From Strigamia acuminata (taxonomy: Eukaryota), in the NCBI GenBank assembly GCA_949358305.1, contig OX442314.1, positions 21,576,001-21,640,000 on the forward strand: a DNA stretch of 64,000 nucleotides, written 5' to 3'. The notes under the pieces were generated by a model. That model had not been told where the DNA came from. It made no database searches and worked only from the letters and a program-made list of their open reading frames with translations. Position numbers and translations under genes: made by a program. Shown piece by piece: positions 14,031 through 26,803 of the stretch. Position 1 is the stretch's first letter. The number at the start of each line of letters is the position of its first letter.

Positions 14031-17000
14031 AAGGAATAGAAAGTTTAAGCTCGCTCAATTTGGTCAAAACGTTTGAGCCAACGAAGATGTTTGTGCCTTG
14101 AAGATATAATATTCAGAAGAAGAAGAAAATTTAAAAATAGAAAAAAAAAGATAAGGAATCAAAGGGGAAAAAATTAATACCACAAACGCCAAAGAACATT
14201 GCATTTAAACAAACAAGAAACGACCAATTTGGTTGGTTTTTTCCTCAAGAAATCATCCCTCATCATTGAAGAACTCATTCTTTATTTGTGACTGAAAATG
14301 AGTAATCTGTGATTATAATTTTAATTTTTTTTTTGTTTTTAGTTTATTTAAATTATGCTTACAATTTTTTTTTTTTATTATTATTAATATTATTTTTTTT
14401 ATTAATATTATTAATTTGAAATGTGGTTTTAATTTACTTATCATCACTTATTTTTGTTATTATGGTTTATTTGTCCTTCCTCCTAATCACATGTATTTGA
14501 TATTTGCGTATGTGACTGGATGTTAATGGAGGAAAATGTTAACAGCCAGCTATTTTGTCACGTCACTGCCCATCAGTTAAGAAAAAGAAGAAGAAGAAAA
14601 TGATGGTGTGGTCTATCGATATTGATTGATCACCGTCAATGTTTTTTCTCTTATCAATTTTCTTTTGTATCAAAATATCGTGAATGGATAGCTATATTAA
14701 TTAATACGAGTGTTTGTTTTGAAGATAATCGAGAAAGTCGAGATGAAGTTAAACCGAACGTTTCATCGTTTTTCAACACTGCCAATAAACAGTCAACACA
14801 ACAGAGTCAAAAAATAGGAATAAGATGATGGCGTCATTTAGTGTGCACGAGATGCAGTTGGTACGAATCGAAAGGGAGCCAATCGAATAAGACTTGCGGA
14901 GTGTTCCGATTGGTTCTGTTCTGACTGACCAACAATGCAAGAGTGGTGTTAGTGAGGCTCAAGAGAAAAAGAAATGTATGATGTACATTAATGCATTTGT
15001 GGCGTCATAACGATGAATTGCTGCTTCCCCTTAGCCCGTTTAATCCTTAGCCCTGCAGAACAAGTGATTATTGAATGTGTTTTGTCTGTATTTTTGATGG
15101 ATTTTTTGGCTCTTTCAACTACTTTCTCTCCAGCTTGTTTCTATGCAACAGTTGTCATGGTAACTCTTCCTAAATTGTGCACTGTGCCATAATTTCTGCA
15201 AGTTTTTATTGTTTTTGCTTATCCTTAGTAATTTATCATTTCACACCGTGATTATTGTGTTCAGAAGGTGATTTTTCAGAGAATTGTTGTGGGTTTTCAA
15301 TTATTTTTGTTTTAAAATTTATTTATTTTTTTTTAAAATTTTTGTTTTTGTAATTTGTGAAACATCAAAATTTCTTGATTTTTTTTTTTGGTTTTGTTTA
15401 TTCAAAAAACGTGAATGAATAACAAATGAAATTATGTATAAATATATACCATAAATTTAATAACGGAATTATTATTACGTTAAATCAATATCGGAGTCTG
15501 AAGATTCAAAGATTTGGAATTAATAACGTTGAGTGACGTTTTGTAATCTAAGAAAGAGGTTTCTTTTATCATGTGGTGAATGTAGACTACCCAAACAAAA
15601 ATTTTCATAATAAACCAAAATGCTAAACCTGACAGTTTTAGTTATATAATAACATGTGAATACGTATAACCCACAGCGCTCTCAAATCACCTTGAATTTT
15701 AACACTGCCACTGAATGTCCATGAGATAATGGAGGATAGTTTTATTGCATATATAAGAATTCTTTTGGCAATTAGTTTCAATACAGAAAAAGGGTTTTTA
15801 ATTTTTTTTTGTGAAATTTAAAACCTGTTTTGAGGCTAGTTGATTAATGGTACTGGTACAAGCCTTTACACAGGTGCTATAATATTTTAAATCGACGTTT
15901 AGAAATTTTTTTTTCTTTTGAAATTGAATGTAAACATATTGAGGCTACGAAAACTGAAATGGCGCCTGCCTAGTTTTTAAGTTTGGGAAGTTGTGGCTGA
16001 TCAATGAATTTTTCTTTCATTAATTTTTTTTATTTTCTTTTTTTTTGGAAGTAAATGTAAAAAAATAAAAATCCAACTTTGGTATAAATATTTATAAATA
16101 TAGATTCACTAGTCAGGGCACAATTAGGTTAAGTTTGTAATCAGTTTTTTGTTTTGTTTATTATTATTATTATTATTATTTTTAAATATAAGCGTTTTGT
16201 GTTTGATGTATTGTATGCTTCAATTGGCCTTATGACGTCACCTTTTTGGAAATTATTATGCTAGGATTATTTGAGGAAAGCTCAAGAAAAATTAAAAATT
16301 AAAAAAAATATATATAAAATAAATGAATAAATAAGAAAATAAGTTCCTGGAAGTTAGAATTTTTTTTCACTTTGTGGTTTATTGGTTATTGTAAATAATT
16401 TTCTCCTTTTTGTTAATAATTGTAGCACATCTTAGGCCTAATTTAATTGTATTTCTTAATTTTTTTTTCAACCAGAATCTTAAAAAAACGAAAAATAGCA
16501 ATAGTGCCTTCGTGTGAAAAAAAATTATACAGAAACATGCCATAAGACTTTAAAAAATACGATTTATAGTGAAATTTCAATATAATTATAAGGTTTGGCA
16601 CCGGATTAATTTGTTTTGCCTTTTAAATCTCGACATATCTACTCGTCTTTCTATTCACCACTTTTATCATGGCGTCCGAATTGTAATGGAGGAGGACGTT
16701 TTGTGAATGGCTGAATTTTTAGACATTGGATTTTTGAAGTTTTTGAACGAGCTTATCACCACTACTGTATAATAAATATAAGTTAGGATTATTTGCCTAA
16801 CAAAATCTTCCTTTTTACATGTCAGCATTTCAAAGTGAATCTGAATGATTTCTAAAAGGCGTAAAGGCAAAATGGCGCATATGAGTTTATTGTACCGGTA
16901 TTTAATTTAGCAAAGCCGATAATGAACCCAAAACATTAAAATACAGTACACTTGGTTCCCTCCAAAGACGAGAGACTTGTTAATTTTTCTTGGGTTGTAA

Positions 17001-17415
17001 ATCTTTCGTCTCGATCGTGATTTAATTTTTAATTTTAGGCCTAATTGTTTTGTTTCTCCCTGTTTGTGTGTGGTGACTATTTATTCTTATTGTAGCATTT
17101 TTTGATGAAAGAAGCAACAATTCATGTTTTTTGTCTTTGTAATTTGAGCGATTTAGATATATTTGTAGCAATTGATGATAAAAAAAAAGGTAGTAGTTTT
17201 AATTTTTTTTAAATCAAAGAGCCCAAAAACTTAAATAAAAATGTTGATCATTACACAGAACTAATCGTATTTTTCTTTCTATTTAACAAAAAAATAAGAA
17301 AACCTTGAAAATTAAAATTAATCTTTCACGTTTTCATTATCAGATGATATCGAATGACCTCGATAATAATCCATAAATATTAATTGTTAAATTTTACGTT
17401 TCGCGTTAATTTTAT

Positions 17416-19032
17416 TCAGTTTAATTCTTTTTTAATTGCAATTATTGCGTAACAGCGAGGTGAATGAATTGGTGAACACACTTTAGTTAAGTAAACGTCT
17501 GAAATAACATCATGATTTTTTAAATAACAATATCTGTCTGCGATTATTAAACTTTCAACAACAGGTGCCAGGATGGATCGCAGACGGAATACACCCTCCA
17601 TTTGATCTTGATAATGTTCATATTTAATTAAGTAGCTATTTATTTCCTCGTTTGAAATCTATAAAAAAAAAATTAAAGAAATTATATTAATAAACTTATT
17701 GATAATCGCAGTAAATTTACACAACCTTTTCATTATCCAAATTTAACTTCGCTAAGCTTTTTCGGACATATTCCTGAAAACTAGAACACTTTTTGCCCAT
17801 TCTGCCAACCGGAATATCCGAATCGAACTTGAAGTTATCACGGATTATAACCTCGAGTAAACTTCGATAAAATAAAGTAGGATTCATCGAGGACTTGGTT
17901 TCTATTATTCTGTGAAGCGACTGTGACGCCAACATTCGCGCTTTTCGACCTAATTGGAATTTCCGATCGCGTAGTGTTTTACTAAGCGGGAAACCGGAAT
18001 TTGTAGCAACTGTAATAAAAATTATTATTTAGAAACGATTTTTGTTTTCATTTTTTTAGCACCATCATACCATTATTATCCGCGTTAAATTCCTCTTCGA
18101 GCATATGGTAACAGCAACCGATATTAAATAATACTTTTAATTCTGGATTTTGTAAAAATAAATTAATCATTTTTACAGATAAATCACCGCATGTGTGTAA
18201 ACCAACTAATAAAAAATCTTTAGGCTTCAAATCGGGATACATTTTGCACCAAAGATCAGTAATGGGACTTGTATTTTCTACAGAATGATTGATACTTTTA
18301 AAAGTTCCCATATTTTCGTTCGATTTCCATGTTTTCTGAAAAGAAAAAGAATAAAAACGTCAAATTTTATTGCATTTTTCGTAATTTTTATGTCATTTTT
18401 CTTTACTTTAATTTTGTCATTCCTTAGCACTGCACCTTGTGAGCAAATCGTTTGTGAATCAATTCCTAGTACATTAAAATTATATTTCAGTGCCAAATAG
18501 GAAGATAAATATCCTTTTCCACTTCCAACATCGATAATCTATTTATTGAAGACAAAAAAAAAAAAAAGAATATTAATTCTGAAAACGTATGTACCGGTAA
18601 ATAAATGTTCAATTTTACATTTTGAAGATTGTTTTCCTTGCATAATTTATTTACAATTTTCGAAATATTATTAATTTCGATACTCTTTTTCGTCTTCATA
18701 CAATGTTTATAGTCAACTTCTGCGTCATCTGGATGACAATTGTAAGACACTTGAAATTCATTCAGAAAATCCAGACTGTTCGCTCTCCCGATTGAAATAA
18801 AATTTGCAAGTTCATCGTGACAATCAAAATATTCCACATCTTTTTCCTGTGTATTATGAACTTCATTGACTAATTCGTACCATTCAACATGACTTTTCAA
18901 CAAACATTTTTGTAAACAAGCTGGAACATTCTTCTCCCATAATTCTTCTACAATAAAGTCTACCAAATGCACGTCAACAAGAAATCGGTATTCATCAATG
19001 CGGTCCGCCATTTTCTGTAGTGCACTGTCCAT
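17416..19032 (-). CDS. METTL25: Methyltransferase-like protein 25; exons 19032-18619, 18538-18407, 18335-18071, 18009-17726, 17658-17416
   Basis: SAM-binding IIDVGSGKGYL, LVGLHTCGDLS, IGCCYHMLEEEF, LFYRSLL, LAPVVESLIIADR and SPRCYAIIA motifs; GT-AG introns in phase. Confidence 0.9.
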
Positions 19033-20421
19033 ATTAGCAATAAAACTGTCAATTCTTTTTCTTAAAGCAATGAATGAAACACATTCAAACCGCGATGATT
19101 AAAGTCCATAGTCGCTGAGTTTTGTAGTTCCAAAAGTCAACGTGTTTCTGCTTTTAATTCTTCGTCATCTCGGAAGAGGGCGCACCTGCTAGAACAAATT
19201 ACACTATGGATTGACTCTGACTGTGGTACGAGTTTTGAATCTTCTCGAAGTTAGGTGCAACGTGCAAGGTGCTGAAATGGTCAATAGTAAGTTGTTGAGA
19301 GGGAAAACGTCAAAAGTGCTTCAATTTAATCTGTCAAATTGATCCGGTTAGCATGAAATCAGAATTGAAATTTTCAACATGTTGTGGTTGCAGACTGTAG
19401 ACATTGCAGCTGTCTGTTTAGCAGGAAGTAAAACCAATCGTGTTACATATTGAGTAATAACATTGAGACCCGGAAATTCTCTGAAGCTTTATTAGAATCT
19501 GGTTGCTTAGAAACCTCTACACATTGTGCAAATATAAATAAACGTATCGCTTCTCTCGCCGTGAAGCCTTCACCCGTTTTGGATCGAAATTCTTGTGTGT
19601 TCTCCCATGATTGATGATGGCTCCCATGGCTCCCGAGTAGTGTGTTTCCTTCCAAGAATCGTGGCGAGCCATCCATGACACCCAGTGAGAATTTTCCAGC
19701 GTGAATTCGAAACAAATCGCGCAATCAGTCATCCAACATAATGTTATGTTTATAACCACTTATAACTGCATTAGGTTTACCTTTCTCCATGTGGCAATAA
19801 TGAGAATCAATACTGTATCAATGATTAATCATTGATCAAGCAAACAATGTACTTGGTTGCCAAGTTATTGCTGCTTGGCAACAAACCTTCCTAATTAGGA
19901 GAAATCAGTCTCCACGCAAAGCTAAAAAATAAAACGTCTCTTTATTTCTCTCTTGGGTACGGGAAAGTCAACAAGGGTTGCCCTTACAATTACATATCCA
20001 GTTGTGGGGTTCCTTCGAGTCTTTGCGATTCCACAAAGCAATTTTTTTCTCGCAGTCAATCGCAGCTCATTGTAGCAAACCCCGGATGCAACAATTCCGC
20101 AGCGTATCCGCAAGTGTGAACCAGAGTTATGATTTTTCCACTCTGCTTATAACTAGGTTTGTATAAGGGAAAAGTACCTGCCGCAAACTGTGTAATGTCT
20201 AAAAACATTATATTATCGTAGTTACAATACGATCAGTGGTGTAGCAAGAAATCAATGGTCCCTTGTGCAAGCAAAGCCATGAGTAGGATTTTCATCCTCC
20301 AAAAATAAATAAATTAAAAGGATTGCTTTTTATCTTGGGCTACCTAGAACTCGTGGGCACATGTTCACGCATGCGCTGCACCCCGATTACAACATCGGGG
20401 GTGCAATACATGCATGGATAT

Positions 20422-20685
20422 TGTTATGTATTTACTTATATCTCGATTTTGAATCTCATTTATTTCGTACACCAATTGTTACTCTAATTAAAACAATACT
20501 TTGATTCTTAAGTTGCTAGGTTTCAACCTAGCAACACAAACTTGACGACACATATTCTAGACACAATAAATCAGTCTTGACTCGAAATTCACAGCGTGAT
20601 CATGTTTCCTTCCAACTGTGCCTCAAAAGGCACGGAATTTAGGCCATCAAAACGAATAGAGTGAATATCAACGACGTATATCACA
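20422..20685 (+). repeat. 5' LTR
   Basis: Direct repeat of 26540-26803; AATAAA at 20565-20570. Confidence 0.97.
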
Positions 20686-21464
20686 TTGGCGTCGTGAACA
20701 GGATTTAGATCTTCATTTTTACAATGTTTTGAAATGGACAAAACTTACAGATAAGAAATTTCCGCGTTGTCGTAAATCGAATTTCAAGTTTATGTTTGAA
20801 TCTTTTAATATGTGTTCGACTGTGGTTACATCTTCTGAATCACTTCATCAACTGGATTAACAAGTAATGATATGCAACAAGCCGCATCAAATGGATAACA
20901 AGGACACATCACTGGAACAAGTAATTGCGAAATTTTTACGAGTGCACAGCCGTGTTCGTGTGGAACATAGACCATACATTTTCGAGTGCCGAACGAGCGT
21001 CGGCCAGACGTTTTCGAGCCCCGGACGGACGTCGACTGTGCGTTTTCGAACGTTGGACGAACGGCAAACATACGGATTCGAGTGCAGAACTCATGTCACA
21101 TGAGGGCAAATGTTTCGCAAAGTTTTGCTTGATCCAGACTACTCCTCGGACATCCTCGTTCTTCTAAATCCAGATAAGACATTTTGCTTAGCAATTTAAG
21201 TACAGTTTTGGTGAACTTTTCTTTCATATGGTTGGTTTGGACATGACACGAACGATAAGCGCCTACCACGTGTGTGTCAAATCAACACGATGTTGTATGC
21301 CGACACGATTTGCGATGCCAGGTGCGTCGATCAACAGTGCATTGATCAAGTGTGCGTTGACTACGCGTGCGTCGTTCCAGCGTGCGTCGATTAGGCCAAC
21401 CTTTTGCTCGGCGTGTCGCACCCACCGTTATCCTGCATTCATGCAGTGTGAAATACAATAACGT

Positions 21465-24400
21465 ATGCTTGCAGATTTAGTGGACAACAAAGAATTAATT
21501 CTTCCAGTCTCATTACCACCAATGGCCGATCCACCTGCATCTGCCATTCCACCAGCGCTCTTAGGCACTCCAGTGCCCTTTTTGGGTTCTACTGCTGAAG
21601 ACTGGTCGTTATATCTCGAGCACTTTGAGGAGTTGGTGACTCTGAATGCCATTCCAGCCGACAAAAAGCGTGCGTTTCTCTTGTCTGTCGTGGGCCCTGC
21701 CACGTATCAACTGGCCCACAATCTGTTTGCCCCCAAGAAGTTGAATAAACAAACCTTTGTGGACATCACTACGAAACTTGAGGAGCACTTCACCCCCGCA
21801 CCTCGCCCGGTTGTCCAGCGGCATTTGTTGGGCTCACGTCTGCGTGCCCCGGAAAAGACCATGTCCAACTACATCGCTGCTCTCCGGGGTCTCGCAGAAC
21901 GGACGGGAGCGACCACGACCGAGCAAATAGAGCAACTTGTGCTTGACCAACTCATCAGGGGAGTTGGAATTGAACCACTGCGGCAGAAGTTGCTTGGGGA
22001 GGAGAATCTTACTCTAGACAAAGCCTCATCTATGGCCATCGGCTTTCAAGCCGCCACCCAGGGCAACGCCATCTATAGGTCCTCCACCGTAATGCCCATG
22101 CAGCAGATTTCCACCATCCAAGCCCCCCAAGCGGCTCTTTTCCAGCTGCAGAGCGGTACATCTTCTAACCGATTCTCCCCTAAGCCCAGGTTGCCTTTTG
22201 CCAAATCTGCTGGCAGATCCCAACAGCGGGGACCATGGGACGGCGCTCGTATGCCAGGCGCCACTCTGACCGCGCAAGTAGCAAGACCACCGGGGAGACT
22301 TGGACAGTCTGGTCAATCTTTCCAGAGGTTTAACGTTGGCTCATCTTCGGGTTCAAGGTTTATGTGCAACGGTTGCGGCCAAGCCCACTCCCGAGCAGTC
22401 TGCCCTTTTCAGGCTGCTGTCTGTCGCACATGTGGTCGCACAGGACACATCGCCGCTGTATGTAGGAACGGTCAACCTTCGCCTCAGAATGTTCTTCGAG
22501 CCACCCAATTTGGCCCGGGGTCATCCTCTCCCCAACCAGCGGGGACCTTTCCTCAGCGACCCTCTCCTCGTTTTCGTCAGTCGACCTCCCCGATGAACTT
22601 TGTGGCCACACAGCCAATGTCGGATTACCAATGGACAGCCAACGTTCCACCCGACTCTTATCATCCACCCGCTGGTCAAGCTGCTGTGCCTACACCAGTT
22701 TCTGGCATTCTTGGCGGTCAACAACCCAATATGCAACCATTAAACCTTTCACCTTCATCTCACATGAATAATGCCAATGCCAATCAAGGGTTTGTTAATG
22801 AATCGAATTTAAGTATGGATTACCCACTATACTATCTCAAGAGCGATAAGTGCCTGCTCCCACCCATCATGGTTGAGGCTCACATTAACCATGTTTTTAT
22901 TCATTTTCAGTTGGACACAGGCTCCGAGTACACCGTCGTGGGATCCGATGTCTTGACCACCATTGAACAACAGTCTGGTCAGGTGGTAAGGCGGTACCCT
23001 GCCGCTATTAATTTATTCGCCTACCCTCATGCGTTGATTGAGTTATTGGGTGTAGTTTTGGTTTCGGTCACCGTCCATGCCACCACTCACCGGATGCCCG
23101 TGGTGGTCACTCGGAGCCCTGGTCCACCAATTATGGGACGCGACTCTATCGCACGTTTTGGGTTAATCCCGGGTTTGGCGTATGCCGTGGACGAGGCATT
23201 GTGCATTAATTCACTAATTCATAACGAGGGCGAGGTTTCATTGTCAACTTCACTTCATTTAACCTCGCCTTTGAATCACAGTTTCAGCACTTCACCGCAC
23301 TTTGATCATGCCAACATTTTTCAAACATCCAACATGGATTTGCCTCCGCCGCCTCAGTCTCCCGAGTCAATTGCGAGGTACATTCATAAGAATTATGCAA
23401 TTGTTTTCCAGCCCGGCATTGGGACTTACACGGGGCCTCCCGTTGATTTGCATGTTCAACCGGGCACGCGCCCAGTGTTCTTTCGCCCACGACCCATTCC
23501 GCATGCGAAGCGACCTTTGGTGGATGTGGCTATTGACCAGTTGATTAGCCAGGGGGTTTTTCGGCCCATCCAGTACTCTGAGTGGGCCACCCCATTGGTC
23601 GTTGTCACCAAGGCCAATGGGGGTTTGCGTTTGTGTGGAGATTACAGAGCAACTGTCAATCGGTTCATTCTTCCCGACCCCTATCCTCTACCATTGGTTG
23701 CCGACCTCCTTGCCGGACTGGCCAATGCCATGTACTTCACACTCTTGGACCTGAGGCAGGCGTATCAGCAGATCCCTTTGACCGCCCGATCATCTTTATT
23801 AGTGGCGGTCAATACTCATAGGGGTCTCATGGCCGTTACACGTTTGCCATTTGGCACTGCGCCCTCCTCCGGCATCTTCCAACGCATCGTGGACGGCATA
23901 TTTCGTGGTCTGCCTGGTGTGTTAGTATATCAGGACGATATATTAATTGCAACCCCGACCCTTGAATCACATTTTCACACCATAGTTTTAGTTTTCGATC
24001 GACTTGCCAACAAGGGCTTGAGGGTCTCACGTGACAAGTGTCAGTTGGTTCGGACTAGTGTTCAATACCTGGGCCATTTATTAACACAACATGGCATAGC
24101 TCCTGCAATGTCTAAGGTCCAGGCAGTCTTGGACTGTCCAGCTCCAACGACCGTCACGACACTCAAGTCCTTTCTTGGCATGGTGGTGTATTACGCTTCC
24201 TATGTCCCGAGGATGGCGCACCTATCCGCTCCCCTCTACGCTCTTCTGCAGAGGGAAGCGGAGTGGGTGTGGGGTCCCACGCAGCAGGCCGCCTTTCAAC
24301 AACTAAAAAAGATCTTGGCGTCGCCGGAAGTCCTCACGTATTATGATTTACAGAAGCCTTTGTTGCTAATCTGCGATGCTTCGCCATATGGCTTAGGTGC

Positions 24401-26528
24401 TGTGTTGGCACACAAAATGAGTGATGGCTCCGAGCGTCCTGTTGCCTATGCCTCACGTACCTTGTCGTCGGCTGAGCAGAACTATGCTCAGCTGGACAAG
24501 GAGGCAGCGGCCATTGTGTTCGGTTTGAAGAAGTTCCATAGCCATTTGGCTGGCACTTTTGTTTCTATTTATACCGACCACAAACCCCTCCTCGGGATAC
24601 TGGGACCAAACAAGCCCATCCCAAACATCATCAGCCCTAGACTGTTGAGGTGGGCCTTGTTGTTAAGCACTTACCATTATGACTTATTTCACAGGCCCGG
24701 CACTCACTTGAGGGAGGCGGATGCCCTGAGCCGTTTGCCTCTTTCTGATCCGGATGCGCTCGGGGTTGAGTCAGACGCTGCATACCCGGCGGACATTCGA
24801 AGCCTGTCCACGTCTCATTCTACATTCATTTCCAGGGAGCGCTTGGTTCAGGCAACGTTAGCCGACCCCCTCCTTCAGGTCTTAGCAGCATATATAGCTG
24901 CATCGTGGCCCGCGTTACGCCCTGTAGCTGTTCCATCGTCTTACTGGCAGCGCAGGCGTGTGATGTCTTCTGCACACCGGCTTTTGTTGGTGCATGATCG
25001 TGTGGTATTGCCTCAGTCTCTGGTCCCGGATTTGCTGCAATCTTTGCATTTCCATCATGTTGGAATTGTCGCAATGAAGCGCCGGGCCAGACCATTTGTC
25101 TGGTGGCCAGGGATGTCCCGTGACATTGAGCAGTTTGTGGCGCAATGTAATCCTTGTCAGCAAACGCGCCCCTTGTCTCCACGGGCTCCCTTAGTGCCCT
25201 GGCCAGTTCCCGACGGCCCCTGGGTCCGAATCCATGCAGACCTGGCCGGACCTCTCCACAGCACCATGTTTTTAGTAGTTGTCGACGCGTTTTCTGCGTG
25301 GATTGAGGTTGCAGCCATGCGGACTACTATATCCGCGGCAATCATTACAGTATTTAGGCGTCTTTTTGCCACGCATGGTCTGCCCCGGGTCCTGGTCACC
25401 GACAATGGCCCTCAATTCAGCTCCAGCGAGATGGGCGAATTTACTCGAGCTAATCACATCACACACCTGTTTTCACCTCCTTACAGCCCACAGTCTAACG
25501 GCCGAGCTGAAAAAGCTGTTAGATGGACCAAGGAGCAGCTAGCACGAGCTTCATCTACAGCATGGGACCTAGTCATTCCCCGCATCTTGCTTACGCAGCA
25601 CGCCACGCCTTCTGGTGTCGACGGAATTTCCCCATCCGTCCGCCTTTTTAACCGTCAAATAGCTGACGTTTGGCACCAATTGGTTCAAACCTGGGTTTTT
25701 CCCAGAGAGCCCGACCCAGTTGGCGTCGCCCTGCCTTCTGCTTTGCGTTTGCGTTTAGGTGAACCAGTTTGGTATCGCGTATTTCTCGCGCAAGCCCCTA
25801 AATGGGCCAGGGGCTCGGTTGTCGCCGTGCGTGGCACACTGGTTTACGAAATTCGTACAGATGCCGGTAATCTAATCGTCCGGCATTTGAATCATCTACG
25901 AAAATTTCGGGGGGAAACACCAGGCCCTCCGGCCAGTCTTGCCCCGGCAGCTGCCGTGCCCCTTATCCCACAGACACCTCCAGCGGCATCGGCCCTGGTT
26001 CAACCTTCATCACCCCATTTTAATCCAATTTCGGATTTTGCAGCGCGAGCAAACTTGCTTGCAGAACGGGGAACTGACTCGGGTTCTTCTTCGTCATCAT
26101 CATCCGCGTTCACATCACCTCATACGTCGGAGGGTAGCGCGCCTATGTATTCACCGGCTATGTTCGACCCTTCTCCCAACACAACTTCACTCAATTCGCC
26201 TCATCAACCATTGTTATCACCATTACCATTGCAGCCATCATCGCCATCTGCTATTAGGTCACCACCTACGACCGGAAATCAACCGTCAGCATCTATGGAG
26301 CCAGTATATCGCACGGCCACTGTATCAGCTCACGTGGCCGATCGCCAGACTCCTAGACCGGCTTATCAGCTCGACCCGGCCGTGCTGACCCAGCGCTTGG
26401 TTGAGCTCCAACGAAGCTCTCAGACTCCTGTTGCTCAGGCCCGCCTTCCACCAGCGGCCACGCCCGTTCGCAGATCAGACAGGCTCAAGAACCAACCGAA
26501 ATATCTCAAGGATTATGTTCCAAAATGA
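21465..26528 (+). CDS. Gag-Pol polyprotein (Gag with two zinc knuckles, aspartic protease, RT, RNase H, integrase)
   Basis: Uninterrupted 1687-aa ORF: CNGCGQAHSRAVC and CRTCGRTGHIAAVC, LDTGS, YQDD, CDASPYGLGAVL..TDHKPL..ADALSR, HHCC and D..DNG..E integrase; PR-RT-RH-IN order. Confidence 0.97.
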   Translation: MLADLVDNKELILPVSLPPMADPPASAIPPALLGTPVPFLGSTAEDWSLYLEHFEELVTLNAIPADKKRAFLLSVVGPATYQLAHNLFAPKKLNKQTFVDITTKLEEHFTPAPRPVVQRHLLGSRLRAPEKTMSNYIAALRGLAERTGATTTEQIEQLVLDQLIRGVGIEPLRQKLLGEENLTLDKASSMAIGFQAATQGNAIYRSSTVMPMQQISTIQAPQAALFQLQSGTSSNRFSPKPRLPFAKSAGRSQQRGPWDGARMPGATLTAQVARPPGRLGQSGQSFQRFNVGSSSGSRFMCNGCGQAHSRAVCPFQAAVCRTCGRTGHIAAVCRNGQPSPQNVLRATQFGPGSSSPQPAGTFPQRPSPRFRQSTSPMNFVATQPMSDYQWTANVPPDSYHPPAGQAAVPTPVSGILGGQQPNMQPLNLSPSSHMNNANANQGFVNESNLSMDYPLYYLKSDKCLLPPIMVEAHINHVFIHFQLDTGSEYTVVGSDVLTTIEQQSGQVVRRYPAAINLFAYPHALIELLGVVLVSVTVHATTHRMPVVVTRSPGPPIMGRDSIARFGLIPGLAYAVDEALCINSLIHNEGEVSLSTSLHLTSPLNHSFSTSPHFDHANIFQTSNMDLPPPPQSPESIARYIHKNYAIVFQPGIGTYTGPPVDLHVQPGTRPVFFRPRPIPHAKRPLVDVAIDQLISQGVFRPIQYSEWATPLVVVTKANGGLRLCGDYRATVNRFILPDPYPLPLVADLLAGLANAMYFTLLDLRQAYQQIPLTARSSLLVAVNTHRGLMAVTRLPFGTAPSSGIFQRIVDGIFRGLPGVLVYQDDILIATPTLESHFHTIVLVFDRLANKGLRVSRDKCQLVRTSVQYLGHLLTQHGIAPAMSKVQAVLDCPAPTTVTTLKSFLGMVVYYASYVPRMAHLSAPLYALLQREAEWVWGPTQQAAFQQLKKILASPEVLTYYDLQKPLLLICDASPYGLGAVLAHKMSDGSERPVAYASRTLSSAEQNYAQLDKEAAAIVFGLKKFHSHLAGTFVSIYTDHKPLLGILGPNKPIPNIISPRLLRWALLLSTYHYDLFHRPGTHLREADALSRLPLSDPDALGVESDAAYPADIRSLSTSHSTFISRERLVQATLADPLLQVLAAYIAASWPALRPVAVPSSYWQRRRVMSSAHRLLLVHDRVVLPQSLVPDLLQSLHFHHVGIVAMKRRARPFVWWPGMSRDIEQFVAQCNPCQQTRPLSPRAPLVPWPVPDGPWVRIHADLAGPLHSTMFLVVVDAFSAWIEVAAMRTTISAAIITVFRRLFATHGLPRVLVTDNGPQFSSSEMGEFTRANHITHLFSPPYSPQSNGRAEKAVRWTKEQLARASSTAWDLVIPRILLTQHATPSGVDGISPSVRLFNRQIADVWHQLVQTWVFPREPDPVGVALPSALRLRLGEPVWYRVFLAQAPKWARGSVVAVRGTLVYEIRTDAGNLIVRHLNHLRKFRGETPGPPASLAPAAAVPLIPQTPPAASALVQPSSPHFNPISDFAARANLLAERGTDSGSSSSSSSAFTSPHTSEGSAPMYSPAMFDPSPNTTSLNSPHQPLLSPLPLQPSSPSAIRSPPTTGNQPSASMEPVYRTATVSAHVADRQTPRPAYQLDPAVLTQRLVELQRSSQTPVAQARLPPAATPVRRSDRLKNQPKYLKDYVPK

Positions 26529-26539
26529 GGGGGGAAGGG

Positions 26540-26803
26540 TGTTATGTATTTACTTATATCTCGATTTTGAATCTCATTTATTTCGTACACCAATTGTTAC
26601 TCTAATTAAAACAATACTTTGATTCTTAAGTTGCTAGGTTTCAACCTAGCAACACAAACTTGACGACACATATTCTAGACACAATAAATCAGTCTTGACT
26701 CGAAATTCACAGCGTGATCATGTTTCCTTCCAACTGTGCCTCAAAAGGCACGGAATTTAGGCCATCAAAACGAATAGAGTGAATATCAACGACGTATATC
26801 ACA
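26540..26803 (+). repeat. 3' LTR
   Basis: Follows the PPT; identical to the 5' LTR. Confidence 0.97.

Larger units (their letters stand above)
20422..26803 (+). mobile_element. Full-length Ty3/Gypsy LTR retrotransposon (Mag-like, single ORF)
   Basis: 264-bp LTRs (TGT...ACA), identical by eye; 5-bp TSD GATAT (20417-20421, 26804-26808); PBS TGGCGTCGTGAACAGGAT at 20687-20704; PPT GAGGGGGGAAGGG at 26527-26539. Confidence 0.97.

Noticed and set aside
19443..20166. Short ORFs upstream of METTL25
   Set aside because: No recognisable domains or coherent splice structure.
21609..26622. Antisense and alternate-frame ORFs within Gypsy pol
   Set aside because: Expected shadows of a GC-rich coding sequence; no env-like or other domain seen.
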